Below are positions 48,413 through 57,954 of a stretch of 64,000 bases of DNA, piece after piece. Source of the stretch: an uncultured Acidobacteriota bacterium (GTDB lineage Bacteria > Acidobacteriota > Thermoanaerobaculia > Multivoradales > UBA5704). The position numbers were made by a program, and so were the translations under genes. How positions within the stretch are numbered: the first letter of the stretch is position 1; the number at the start of each line of letters is the position of its first letter. Below the pieces are notes generated by a model. It was not told where the DNA came from, did no database searches, and saw only the letters and a list, made by a program, of their open reading frames with translations. Location: contig CAVYRF010000002.1 of the NCBI GenBank assembly GCA_963770895.1, positions 5,600,001 to 5,664,000 of the forward strand. The letters run 5' to 3'.

Positions 48413-49219
48413 ATGGAAATCGTACCTTGCTTCGATGCTCAACACCTGACATCAATCGCGAAGATCATGGGGGACACGAATGATGGTCTTACGGGTCAGG
48501 AAATAGAATACCTGCTGCGGGACTGTCGCATCTATGACCCCGACCCCGGTATGACCAAATGGAAGCGTCTCTTCAATGCCTTTGTGGCAACACAGAATGC
48601 AAAGAAGGTTGGTAACCATGTAGTGATGTTCATTAACAGGGCGATGAACCCTGTCCAATATGGCTCTCGCCCCGTGGTCTTTCGCGCTCGGCAGGACCGA
48701 CTAAACGTTGTGCTTGCGTTTAGCGGGATGCGCCTGGGCGATGAGGGCAAGGTCACGCGAAGCCAGAAGACCGGTACACTTGATCAAGCTCTGGAGCGTG
48801 CCGGCCGCTTACATCTGGCACTGACACAGCGAGAGGTTCATCGAGATGTCTTGGCTTATTGTCGCGCCGAGCTTCTTCAGGAGAACTACTTCCACGCGGT
48901 CCTGGAGGCGACCAAGAGCATCGCGGCCAAAATCCGGTCCCTTTCGGGCCTCGGCGGCGATGGCGGAGGGCTCGTTCAGGCTGCTTTTGGGCTTGGCCAA
49001 GGCAACCCCGTACTGGCGATAAACTCTCTAGCGAACGATACGGACAAAGGAGAACAACGAGGCTTCATCAACCTACTCGTAGGCTTGTTTGGGACCATTC
49101 GTAATCCCTTGGCGCACAACGCTAAAGTTGAGTGGGCAATGAGCGAACAAGATGCACTGGATATTTTAACCTTGGCTTCTCTTGTACACCGGAAGCTCGA
49201 TAGTGCCTACAGACCATGA
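48413..49219 (+). CDS. TIGR02391 (Ymh, HEPN-like) family protein with AbiJ-like N-terminus
   Basis: GLTGQEI...TKWKRL N-terminus; ENYFHAVLEATKS; EQRGF; RNPLAH (RxxxxH). Confidence 0.85.
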   Translation: MEIVPCFDAQHLTSIAKIMGDTNDGLTGQEIEYLLRDCRIYDPDPGMTKWKRLFNAFVATQNAKKVGNHVVMFINRAMNPVQYGSRPVVFRARQDRLNVVLAFSGMRLGDEGKVTRSQKTGTLDQALERAGRLHLALTQREVHRDVLAYCRAELLQENYFHAVLEATKSIAAKIRSLSGLGGDGGGLVQAAFGLGQGNPVLAINSLANDTDKGEQRGFINLLVGLFGTIRNPLAHNAKVEWAMSEQDALDILTLASLVHRKLDSAYRP

Positions 49220-49431
49220 GCGTCATTCTCCCTGGGCATGGATGTTCCGCGGCAACATGGCCGCTCACTATAATTCTCTCGATCGGCTCGGCGCTATCAC
49301 TGGATAACTCCGTACGGTTACGAAGCCCCCCCTCCGCGCAGCGCGGTTGCATCGGCTCTTCTGGTGCAGGTGGCCGGATACGCTCACTCATCATATTCGC
49401 TCCCTGATCGGCACCGCGACAGCGGCTATAC

Positions 49432-49459
49432 TTGACAAGCTGCGCCAACTGCTTATATT
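49432..49459 (+). promoter_or_regulatory. Putative sigma70 promoter for the xis-rep operon
   Basis: TTGACA (49432-49437), 16-bp spacer, TATATT (49454-49459). Confidence 0.5.
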
Positions 49460-49637
49460 AGAGCCCAGCACTGGCTTTTATTGTGGCTACCGACGGTGGT
49501 CAGGACCCCCTCCTCGGTAGCTGTTCAGCAGCACTCTTCAAGCCAGACCCAGGCAGCACGGCATTGTAATCGTGCGCCGACAACGGAGATCCACAGCTAT
49601 GTAATTGGCGGATCTCTTTTTGGACTGGAGAGCAATA

Positions 49638-49832
49638 ATGACAGCGCCAGAAAATCTAAGAACCGTGAAGCAGCTTGTGCAGGAATGTCCAGCTTTTTCT
49701 GAACAGGGACTCCGCTGGCTAATCTTCAACGCGAACAGGAACGGCTTTTCGGCTGTCATAGTGAGGGTGGGAAGACGCGTTCTACTTGACCGCGAAGAAT
49801 TCAGAAGATTTCTGGCAGCGAATTCACGATGA
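49638..49832 (+). CDS. Small winged-helix DNA-binding protein, excisionase-like
   Basis: 64 aa, LRTVKQLV...AFSEQGLRWLIFN...VRVGRRVLLDREEF; GGAG upstream; ATGA overlap with rep. Confidence 0.7.
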   Translation: MTAPENLRTVKQLVQECPAFSEQGLRWLIFNANRNGFSAVIVRVGRRVLLDREEFRRFLAANSR

Positions 49833-51049
49833 AAATTCCTGCCAGCAATCCAGTCACGTCTTTGCCGCCGATTCGTCGGATCGTGTTTGAGAATGTTCTT
49901 CCGGTGATCTTGTTCGGAGACGGTTCCCTTCATGAACCTCTTCCGCCGACGTTGATCAGCTACATCAGGTGGCAGGTGCGCCTCCTTCATCGTGCTCGGA
50001 GATACCAGCGCCCCCGCATGGATCGGGACTGCCCTTCCCGCCTGGAAATCGAGTTGTCGCTGACGCTGCCCAAGTGGTCAGTTCGGCGAAAGATTACGTG
50101 TGGCGGCAGGTTCTGCCCCTCTTGTTCGCCAGCGAGGGCACGACGGGCAGCCACAAGGGTGGCGGAGAGATACAGCAAGCATGCTGAGCAAGGCCGACTC
50201 GGGACCTCGCTGTTCGTGACTTTAAGGGGGTCGGAGTGCGCATGGGACGACGTACGGGAGAGCGTCGAAACTCTTCTCAGAAATGCTAGACGGCTGTTTC
50301 ATGTCAAGTCTTTTCCAGGTACGGGCCTTATAGCGAACGTCGATTTCACCCGCTTATCTGAAGACAGAATTCGTCCCCATCTCCACGTCATCGTTCATGT
50401 CCAGAAGAGCTACTACAACAGCAGACGATATTGGTCGAGTGATCGATGGGCTGAGGTTTGGGGGGGCATCAGCGGAGTGCGAGAGACGGGATCGATAAAG
50501 GTGCAGAGGCTGCCCGAGGTCGATGACGTTAGTCGTGCTGCGAGATATTCGCTGTCTCTCATCACGAATGACAATCCCGGAGACTGGACGGTTGAGGAGC
50601 CCATGCGCCTCCAGACGCTAATTCACGGCATAAAGCTTACTAGAACCTATGGCGACTTAAGGGCTCCTAAAGTAGGATCGCCAAAGAAGCAGTCGAACAA
50701 GAAGGTTAAGAGCAAATCCAGGTTCAAGGTGAGAGCCGATGGTACTGACGGAGTTGGTGAACAACGGAAGGACTTGGTCACGAGCAACAGGACCATCAGA
50801 CAAAACCTGGATAAAAACCAACGCGTAAAGCACTCTTCGGACGCAGCTTATGCCGGACTCCTCAAAGAACGATATGAATACAAATACGGGACAAGGACAG
50901 GGAAGAACAGAGCCTTTCGCGTGCGAGTAGGCCGTCTCCCCGTCTACCCAACTAACGAGAACATTGAACGCGCTTTGCAGGAATTCTCTGTGGCGTTAGC
51001 AGCCCGGAACAAGCAGTATCAACAACATCCGGATGAAAGCGGGACGTAG
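49829..51049 (+). CDS. Rolling-circle replication initiator (HUH endonuclease, Rep_1-like)
   Basis: CGGRFCPSC, motif I LFVTL, motif II RPHLHVIV, W...W segment, motif III candidate RAARYSL. Confidence 0.75.
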   Translation: MKIPASNPVTSLPPIRRIVFENVLPVILFGDGSLHEPLPPTLISYIRWQVRLLHRARRYQRPRMDRDCPSRLEIELSLTLPKWSVRRKITCGGRFCPSCSPARARRAATRVAERYSKHAEQGRLGTSLFVTLRGSECAWDDVRESVETLLRNARRLFHVKSFPGTGLIANVDFTRLSEDRIRPHLHVIVHVQKSYYNSRRYWSSDRWAEVWGGISGVRETGSIKVQRLPEVDDVSRAARYSLSLITNDNPGDWTVEEPMRLQTLIHGIKLTRTYGDLRAPKVGSPKKQSNKKVKSKSRFKVRADGTDGVGEQRKDLVTSNRTIRQNLDKNQRVKHSSDAAYAGLLKERYEYKYGTRTGKNRAFRVRVGRLPVYPTNENIERALQEFSVALAARNKQYQQHPDESGT

Positions 51050-51318
51050 CACCCTGCTGGCGCAGAGTACCCCCTCCCGGGGAGGGGCTGGTTGCTCCTA
51101 AGCTCATCGGGACCAACCGCGATTACCCCGGTGGCCCCGCCCCGGCTGTTTCGCTCGTACAACCCTCCCCATCGAAGCGCGTCCGCCGGCTCCGCCCAGC
51201 TACTCGCTCAGCGGTTGTTGCTGACGTTGCTGTTCTACTTCGAGCCAGCTCCACCGCCGATAGTTGAGCCGCACACCTTCAGCACTCCAGGGGCAGGCTG
51301 TCGGTGGCGACCGCAGGA

Positions 51319-52374
51319 TCAGACGAATAGCCGTTCGTTCATCCGCTCCACTACGGCGGAGACGTGCGCCTCGGACAAGTGCTGATACCGGCGCACCATT
51401 GCAAGTCCTTTGTGGCCGGCGATCGTCGCCAGCTCACTGAGTGTTGCACCGCACATCGCCATCTCGGACAGCGCTGCGTGCCGTAGGTCGTGGAATCGCA
51501 GGGCGGGCAGGCCGGCTGCGGTCCGAGCCGATTCCCAAGCCTTCCGTGGGAACGAGGACCGTCCGCGATCGTCGGCAAAGACAAGATCTGTTCCCAGCCG
51601 CCGGACCTGACGCCTCTCTCGAAGGAGGTCTAGCGCAAGGCTTGCAAGTGGGAGCGATCGGCGCTCTTTGTTCTTCGTCTGATTCAGTACAGCAATTTTC
51701 CGTGCCAAGTCGATATCGGCCCATCGAAGCCCGGTTAGTTCCGACTGTCGGGCCGCGGTGCTCAGCGCGAGCACGGTGAGTGCATACAACCGGTCGTCAC
51801 CCGACGCCTGGCAAGCTTCCAGGAGGCGCCTCCGCTGCTCGACGGTCAGCGAGACGATGCGGCCCTGCGGCTCCGCCGGCCGACGAACTCGCCTTACCGG
51901 GTTTTCTCCGAGGAGTTCACGCTCACGGACGGCGTAGGTGAAAAGGTGGCTCAAGGTCGCAAGGTAGCGAACTTGCGTGGCCGGCGCAGCTGGTCGGCCG
52001 GACGGTCCCTCGCCGGCTCTCAGACGGTCGCGGCACTCTGCGACCGCTGCGGCGGTAACCTCCGTGACTCGGTAGGCCCCAAGATGCTGAACCCACCACC
52101 TCAGGTGCGACCGCCGCTGGCGTGCGTCCACATCCACCCGTGACGACAGCACCGCGGCTTCGTAGTCCCGAACGAGATCCGCAACGGTGACCCGCCGGCG
52201 GGCTTCATCAGGACGAAGCCTACCGTCCCGGATCGCGGACTCGGCTCCATGGGACCACTGCACCGCGTCGGTTCGCCGGCGGAATGTCTTCGTAAAGCTC
52301 GGGCGACCGGGCAACCGAACGACAGCGGTGTAGGTCGTGCCCTTCTTCCCCCTATAGGTGCGAATCCAGGCCAC
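51319..52374 (-). CDS. int: Tyrosine recombinase / phage-type integrase
   Basis: N-terminal arm-binding-like domain; TAARQSEL, TKN, FHDLRH, AGHK...MVRRYQHL. Confidence 0.95.
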   Translation of the reverse strand: MAWIRTYRGKKGTTYTAVVRLPGRPSFTKTFRRRTDAVQWSHGAESAIRDGRLRPDEARRRVTVADLVRDYEAAVLSSRVDVDARQRRSHLRWWVQHLGAYRVTEVTAAAVAECRDRLRAGEGPSGRPAAPATQVRYLATLSHLFTYAVRERELLGENPVRRVRRPAEPQGRIVSLTVEQRRRLLEACQASGDDRLYALTVLALSTAARQSELTGLRWADIDLARKIAVLNQTKNKERRSLPLASLALDLLRERRQVRRLGTDLVFADDRGRSSFPRKAWESARTAAGLPALRFHDLRHAALSEMAMCGATLSELATIAGHKGLAMVRRYQHLSEAHVSAVVERMNERLFV

Positions 52375-52501
52375 TGCCCTTGCCCTCCCCGAGTTTTGAT
52401 GCAGTGTTGTTGCAGCGCATCACAACAGTGTACAGCATCTGACACCGCTTGCAATAAGCGTTTGCAGGGGATAGCATCAGGCCGTGGAGAGCAAGGTTAC
52501 A

Positions 52502-52558
52502 GACTCAAAATCCTCCGCTCGCAAGGGCGTGCGGGTTCGACTCCCGCCTTCGGCACCA
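52502..52558 (+). repeat. att site: 57-bp duplicate of the tRNA-Leu 3' part
   Basis: Identical to 39532-39588. Confidence 0.97.
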
Positions 52559-52639
52559 AAATACGCTCAGTAGAATCAAAAACTTGTCTCGAAGAGGCCG
52601 GCGACCCACCCGGATTGCCTTCATACCGGCTCCGGGCGG

Positions 52640-53407
52640 TCAGTGCGGCCTGCAAGGGGCGACGAAGTTGAGGGTCAGGGAATAGAAGACCTTGACCGGG
52701 TGACCGTCGAGCTGTGCCGGCTCGAAGGTCCAGGCGCGGACCGCGTCGAACACGGCGAGGGTCATCAGCGGATTCGACGATTTGACCAGCTCGACATCGG
52801 TGACGTGACCCTTGGCGTCGATGACCGAATCGAGGACCACGATACCGGGGATGCAGGCTTGCCGCAGGCCCTGGGGATAGACGGGCGGCGGCGCGGTCAG
52901 CTTGCGCGGCCTGGTCACCTGGGAAAGCTGGTACACGCTGGCAGCGCTCTTCGCCTGCGCCTCGGCGAAAGCGGCGCTTGGCCACGGTTTATGGACATCG
53001 CCGTGGCGCAGCTGCTGACCGGGGTCGCCGTAGACGGAGAGGTCCACCTTGGCCACCTGGAGATCGATCGACTCGGCCGCGCGCAGATGCCAGAGCGCGT
53101 CGTCGGTCAGACCCAGACCTTCCTCGGCGACGGCCTGCTCCAGGATCGCCATGCCGAGCAGTGGCAGGAATGCCGTGCGGTCCCAAACGCGGTTTTCGAT
53201 ATCCTGCTCGACTCTCCGGCTGATGCCGAGCGCGTCCTGCCACTTTCCCGCCCGCAGATCCTGATCAGCCGCGTGCAGGCTGTCGGTCCACCCCGATGCG
53301 GCAGTACTGTTGCTGGAGAAGGGAGCGCGCTGGGCGATAGCCGGCATGGCCGATGCGGCGATCGCCGTCACCACCACGCAAATTTTCAGAATGTGCATGC
53401 TCGCCAT
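52640..53407 (-). CDS. Secreted protein with C-terminal TonB domain
   Basis: Signal peptide; PVYP...GIVVLDSVIDAKGHV...AVRAWTFEPA.LDGHPV. Confidence 0.85.
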   Translation of the reverse strand: MASMHILKICVVVTAIAASAMPAIAQRAPFSSNSTAASGWTDSLHAADQDLRAGKWQDALGISRRVEQDIENRVWDRTAFLPLLGMAILEQAVAEEGLGLTDDALWHLRAAESIDLQVAKVDLSVYGDPGQQLRHGDVHKPWPSAAFAEAQAKSAASVYQLSQVTRPRKLTAPPPVYPQGLRQACIPGIVVLDSVIDAKGHVTDVELVKSSNPLMTLAVFDAVRAWTFEPAQLDGHPVKVFYSLTLNFVAPCRPH

Positions 53408-53621
53408 TCTATCGCGAGGCTGGCGGGCTCCGCCAATGCAGGCGCGCCGCCGGGCGCGGGCGGCAAGCCGAGCCACTTGACGGCCCTGATGCAGCCGCGA
53501 ACCCGTCAAACGTTGCTTCGCCGTGGTCCGGGGGCCGCCACTCCTCGAGCAGCGCTTCGATCCGCGACCGCACCCGCTCCAGCACAGGCCGCGGCCGGGC
53601 TGCGGCGAGGACGACCTTGGC

Positions 53622-54107
53622 TTATTCTTCGTAGATGCCAATAATAAGGAGCCATGCGCCAGATATTAGGAACGCGAATAAAACAATCGTTGCGATAGCA
53701 GCGATGTACAGCCCTGCGCCGTATCCGAGAACCAGGCAAATGGCGCCTACAACCTCGGCGAGGTGACAAATCGTGCCACCGGCGAGCCGCGGCACGTTCA
53801 ATCCAATGGAGCTCATGCCCGATCTGAGAGCTATCACGTAGCCCCTGATAAAGATGGTTAGTGCGATGACCCAGACGGCGAGCCACTCGAAACCGACCGC
53901 TCCAAGATGTTGATTTCCGATAAGCGCAAAACCGCATGTCATAAAAATTGCCGTGAAGCTTGTGAGCATGTTGATTGCTCTGTTTTTATGCGTATGGTTG
54001 CGGATAATGATGTCGGGCTTGATCGACATCGCGACAAAAATCAAACCTGCAAGCGTCGCCGCGCCGCCGCCTACCATGACAAAAAAGTTATTCCATTGAT
54101 CTGCCAT
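53622..54107 (-). CDS. Multi-pass membrane hypothetical protein
   Basis: WNNFF...GGAATLAGLIFVAMS; about five TM helices; GAGGA upstream; lower GC. Confidence 0.8.
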   Translation of the reverse strand: MADQWNNFFVMVGGGAATLAGLIFVAMSIKPDIIIRNHTHKNRAINMLTSFTAIFMTCGFALIGNQHLGAVGFEWLAVWVIALTIFIRGYVIALRSGMSSIGLNVPRLAGGTICHLAEVVGAICLVLGYGAGLYIAAIATIVLFAFLISGAWLLIIGIYEE

Positions 54108-54130
54108 GAAATATTGTCCTCAGTTCTGCT

Positions 54131-54212
54131 TCCCTTTGTCGGCGGTCGAGGTCACCCGTCCCAGACCTGCAAGCTCCTCGACCATGGCGATCGCAGAGTC
54201 GCGCTCGGCGCC
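54131..54212 (-). pseudogene. Possible IS5-family transposase fragment
   Basis: The minus frame reads AERDSAIAMVEELAGLGRVTSTADKG, resembling the AERxAAxxM...RxTLGADKGYD segment of IS5-type transposases. The match is short. Confidence 0.4.
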
Positions 54213-54293
54213 GGCCGCAGGCGCTTTCCGAACCACCGCCGCCAAGCGCGATGCGCCGTCATCGTTCAGGCCCCTGTCGCCGCCGCCCCAGCC

Positions 54294-54908
54294 TCAGGAT
54301 CGCGGCTTACGGAGCGGCCGGCCGCCGATCCCGAGCCGCCGCCATCCGGCATGCCCCAAGCGGCGCAGCGTTTCCTGATTCTTGGCGAAGATCGCGGCCG
54401 GGTCGGGAAAGGCGGCCACAGCGCGCTCGACGCTCGCCTGCCGCAGCAGCTGGAGGATGGGGTAGGGGGATCGGTTGGTGTAGTTCTCGATGTCCTCCGG
54501 GGCGGTACCCGCGAACTGGTAGGCGGGGTGGAAGCTCGCGATTTGCAACACGCTGCCGAGGCCAAGGTCGGCCAGCGCCGACTCGGCAACGGCCAGAAAA
54601 TCATTGTAGATGCCGAAATCGCCGAGCACCCGCGGATGGATCACCAGTGTCGTCTCGATCTCGCCGGGGTCGCAGTCGGCGAGGCGCAGCATCTCGTCGA
54701 GGACCTCGCCGAGGAGCGCGGCCGGCGTCGTTGCCTCGCTCACCGCGTAGCGGATGCGCCGCTGCAAATGGACCGGCCGTGCGAACGGGCAGAGGTCGAG
54801 GTCGATCACCGCCCGCTCCAGCCAGTCGCGCGTCGCCGCAATCACCGCCTCCGGCGCCACGACCGCACCGCCACCCTCCGCCGCACCCTGTCTGCGCCGC
54901 CCGGCCAT
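54294..54908 (-). CDS. DUF1415 family protein
   Basis: WLERAVIDLDLCPFA, ETTL, QIASFHPAYQF, NYTNRSPYP. Confidence 0.9.
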   Translation of the reverse strand: MAGRRRQGAAEGGGAVVAPEAVIAATRDWLERAVIDLDLCPFARPVHLQRRIRYAVSEATTPAALLGEVLDEMLRLADCDPGEIETTLVIHPRVLGDFGIYNDFLAVAESALADLGLGSVLQIASFHPAYQFAGTAPEDIENYTNRSPYPILQLLRQASVERAVAAFPDPAAIFAKNQETLRRLGHAGWRRLGIGGRPLRKPRS

Positions 54909-55223
54909 GGCCGCTAGTCAGACTAGACGGGCCAGCGAGGTACTTCGCGCAGACCGAGATGACAACTTGCGGTATCCCGAGCCACAGCGGTAGCAGCCTC
55001 AAGATGCCACTCGAAGGTCTGCCCTCGCAGCTCGTACTGAGCACCCATTGCGAGCGAGTGTATATACGTTGTACATGTGTGTCAAACGCCGTCCCGGTGG
55101 TAGCCTGGTGGCAACAGGGGCAAACACTCGAGCAGAGAAACGCTCAGCGAGCACAGAACTCTTCGGATCGACCTGGACAGTATGATCGGCGCCAGTCATC
55201 ATTTCTCAACGTAAAGGCTCAAG

Positions 55224-55643
55224 ATGAACGATCAAGAAACGAAGGAGCAGTCTTCTGGAGTGCGAGATCGAGAGATCCGCGCGGCACTGGATCAGCATTG
55301 GGCGGCGTCCGATGCCAACGATTTTGAAACGGAGCACCGCATCTATCACGAGGATGCGGTGCTGGAATACCCTCAGTCAGGCGAGCGAACTCGGGGTCGA
55401 CGCAACATACAGAATCAACGCTCCAGGCAGCCGAGCCAAAAGCGGTTTGCTGTCCGACGAATCATCGGCGGCGGTGATCTTTGGATCACCGAGCTCATCC
55501 TGACCTATGACGGCAAGCCCTCCTACACCGTGAGCATCATGGAGTTCAGGGACGACAAGGTCGCCCGCGAAACACAGTACTTTACGGATCCATTCACGGC
55601 GCCCGCCTGGCGCGCTCAATGGGTCGAACAGATGGATACATAA
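55224..55643 (+). CDS. SnoaL-like / NTF2-family protein
   Basis: YHEDAVLEYPQSGER.RGR...VSIMEFRDDKVARETQYF. Confidence 0.85.
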   Translation: MNDQETKEQSSGVRDREIRAALDQHWAASDANDFETEHRIYHEDAVLEYPQSGERTRGRRNIQNQRSRQPSQKRFAVRRIIGGGDLWITELILTYDGKPSYTVSIMEFRDDKVARETQYFTDPFTAPAWRAQWVEQMDT

Positions 55644-55673
55644 TCCCGACGACCTGGCTCTGGACCCTGGCGT

Positions 55674-55982
55674 TCAGGCGGCACTATGCAGCGGCCTTGC
55701 CCGCTCGATCCGTTCACGCTCACGCGGGCTGTGCATTGCCTTCCAAAGGTCGGTGCGCCGCTGGACATTCAGCCAGAATTCGGGGCTGTTGCCGAAGACC
55801 CGTGCGAGGATGAGTGCGGTTGCGGCGGTCACGGCTCGGCGCTCGTTGCACAGTTCGTTGACGTGCTTGCGTTGGACGCCCATTGCTTCTGCCAGGGCAA
55901 CTTGGGTGAGGCCCATTGGCGCCATGAATTCTTCGACCAGGATCTCTGCCACACTCGCCGGCTTGCGCCTCGTATTCAACAT
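55674..55982 (-). CDS. higA: HigA-family antitoxin
   Basis: EILVEEFMAPMGLTQ..LA...LARVFGNSPEFWLNVQ. Confidence 0.92.
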   Translation of the reverse strand: MLNTRRKPASVAEILVEEFMAPMGLTQVALAEAMGVQRKHVNELCNERRAVTAATALILARVFGNSPEFWLNVQRRTDLWKAMHSPRERERIERARPLHSAA

Positions 55983-55990
55983 GACTCACC

Positions 55991-56287
55991 TCACTCGTAG
56001 CTGTGATCGTCGAGATGGAGGCTGCTGGCCTCACCCTTGCCACCATCCCACTGGAAGATCAGCCGCCATTGTTTGTTCACGCGGATCGAATGGAAGCCAA
56101 CCAGATGGCCACCTAACTTCTCGAAGTGGTTGCTCGGCGGAGCTCGCAAGTCCTGATCCGTCATCGCATCGTCGATCATCTGAATCTTGCGGAAGAGGCG
56201 GCTCTCCAGATCGGACGGGATCTTCCTCGCTCGCACGTCGTCAACGAAGAATTCGCGCAACCAGTCGTCCCGAAAGCTCACGATCAT
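55991..56287 (-). CDS. higB: HigB (RelE/ParE family) toxin
   Basis: MIVSFRD...DLRAPPSNHFEKL.G...HSIRVNKQWRLIFQW; toxin-first gene order. Confidence 0.92.
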   Translation of the reverse strand: MIVSFRDDWLREFFVDDVRARKIPSDLESRLFRKIQMIDDAMTDQDLRAPPSNHFEKLGGHLVGFHSIRVNKQWRLIFQWDGGKGEASSLHLDDHSYE

Positions 56288-56554
56288 TCCGTTGCTCCAG
56301 GTAGGGTCAGTGTACCACCCAGCGGGACGAATTGGCAGCTCGGCGGCGAGCTGCTGCCGTTCCCAGCTCGCAGCCTACGAGCAGGGCGGGCCGCCCAAGC
56401 TCAGGCTGCACGCTGGGAACCTCAAAATTCGCCTGAGCCAAACCAGTGTGCGGTGATAGGAAACACCGCGAGATTCCGAAAGGTATGGGTAGGGCGGCAA
56501 TCAGGCCGCCGCGATACCCCCTCTCGCGAGGTGCGAGGGAGAGGAGCCAATCCT

Positions 56555-57841
56555 GTGCGGAATCTGGTCTTGCGGGCTGCTGCGATGGGCGTGCTTTGGG
56601 TGACACCGGCGTTCGCGCTCGGTGGGTTCGGGGTGACCAACGTGCCGATCGGACCGTTCGGGACCTGGGCGGGGACCGCCGGGGCTGTGCCGCTGGTCGG
56701 GGACTTCAGCGGCAGCGGCAAGTCGGGAATCGCTCTCGTCGGCGTCGGGAGCTGGCAATCGGTGCCAGTGGCGCTGTCGAACGGTGACGGCACCTGGAAC
56801 GTGGTCAATCAACCGTTCGGCGTCTTTCCAGGTCTGGCGGCGACGCCGGGCGTGCAGTTCGTCGTCGGCGACTTCAACGGCGATCACAAGGCGGATATCG
56901 CTCTCGTCGGCGGCGCGGGCTGGACCTCGATACCGATCGCGTTCTCGAACGGCGACGGTACGTTCTCGATGAGCAACCTCCCCAGTTCGTTCGCCCAGCT
57001 GGCCTCGACTCCAGGCGCCAGGGTGGTGGCAGGCGATTTCACCGGCGACGGCAAGACCGACCTCGCGATGATCGACACCCAGAACGCCGCGACGCTCCTA
57101 TCGGTAGCGATTTCGAACGGCGACGGGACGTTCAGGGTCGTACAGAGCGGCAGCCCCCTCGTGCCGCTCGCCCAGTCGGCCGCCATCGACATCCTGGTGG
57201 GGGACTGGAACGGTGACGGCAAGGCCGACCTGGCGCTCGTCGGCTACCAGACTTCCGGTATCCCGGTGGGGCTGTCGAACGGCGACGGCACCTTCACCTA
57301 TGTCAACCAGCAGATTCCGGTCTTCTCCGACTGGGCCGACGAACCGGGCGTCCAGGCGCACGTCGGCAGGTTCGACGGCGGTACCAGGGACGAAATCGCC
57401 CTCACCGGGTCGAGCACGAGCTTCGGGGGCGTCCCGGTGAACGCCGGGACGAGCTCGAGCTTCTGGGGCACCATCCCTTTGGCGGTGTCGAACGGCGACG
57501 GCACGTTCACCTTCGGCAATCAGTTCGTCCCCGACTTCCAATCCTGGACGTCCGTCCCTGGCACCCAGGTGGTGGCGGGCGACTTCAACGGCGACGGCAA
57601 GACCGACCTGGCCATCATCGGTCCCAGCACGTGGCAGACCCTGCCGGTGGCATTCTCGACCGGCGGCGGCAATTTCACCGTCGCCAGCACCATCATCGTC
57701 GATTTCGCCAGCTGGACGGCCGGCGCCACGGTGCTGACCGGCGACTTCAACGCCGACGGCAAGACCGACGTGGCCCTGACCGGCCCCTCGTCGTGGCAGT
57801 CAGTGCCCGTCGCGTTCTCGCTCTCCTCTGGGCTTCAATAA
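56555..57841 (+). CDS. Secreted FG-GAP/VCBS repeat (beta-propeller) protein
   Basis: GTG after GAGGAG; signal peptide; seven GDFNGDGKxD-type repeats with SNGDGTF. Confidence 0.9.
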   Translation: MRNLVLRAAAMGVLWVTPAFALGGFGVTNVPIGPFGTWAGTAGAVPLVGDFSGSGKSGIALVGVGSWQSVPVALSNGDGTWNVVNQPFGVFPGLAATPGVQFVVGDFNGDHKADIALVGGAGWTSIPIAFSNGDGTFSMSNLPSSFAQLASTPGARVVAGDFTGDGKTDLAMIDTQNAATLLSVAISNGDGTFRVVQSGSPLVPLAQSAAIDILVGDWNGDGKADLALVGYQTSGIPVGLSNGDGTFTYVNQQIPVFSDWADEPGVQAHVGRFDGGTRDEIALTGSSTSFGGVPVNAGTSSSFWGTIPLAVSNGDGTFTFGNQFVPDFQSWTSVPGTQVVAGDFNGDGKTDLAIIGPSTWQTLPVAFSTGGGNFTVASTIIVDFASWTAGATVLTGDFNADGKTDVALTGPSSWQSVPVAFSLSSGLQ

Positions 57842-57855
57842 CGCGCAAATCGCCG

Positions 57856-57901
57856 GAGGCGAGGTCGCCCGAGACGCCCCGCGTCTGGCCGACCTCGCCT
57901 C
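57856..57901. terminator. Long hairpin between convergent genes
   Basis: gaggcgaggtcg pairs with cgacctcgcctc; inner agacgc/gcgtct pair. Confidence 0.55.
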
Positions 57902-57954
57902 GGCTCGGCGAGTTGTGCCGTCAGTCACAAATGGCGCCTGAGCCACCTGCGACG

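Larger units (their letters stand above)
39532..52558. mobile_element. Integrative element / genomic island (~13 kb) in tRNA-Leu(CAA)
   Basis: Identical 57-bp direct repeat of the tRNA 3' part at 39532-39588 and 52502-52558; tyrosine integrase next to the distal copy; interior visibly lower in GC. Confidence 0.95.

Noticed and set aside
49428-49438. CTTGACA as a pC194/phiX-type nick site (CTTGATA-like)
   Set aside because: One mismatch in a 7-mer, and better explained as a -35 promoter box.
39801-52374. Island as a prophage or conjugative ICE
   Set aside because: No capsid, terminase, tail, Zot, relaxase or T4SS genes are recognisable.
52502-52558. Possible second tRNA-Leu gene
   Set aside because: It lacks the 5' acceptor strand and D arm; it is the att duplicate.
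52643-54917. Plus-strand ORFs 52643-53644 and 53907-54917
   Set aside because: Antisense to the better-supported TonB-C, membrane protein and DUF1415 genes.
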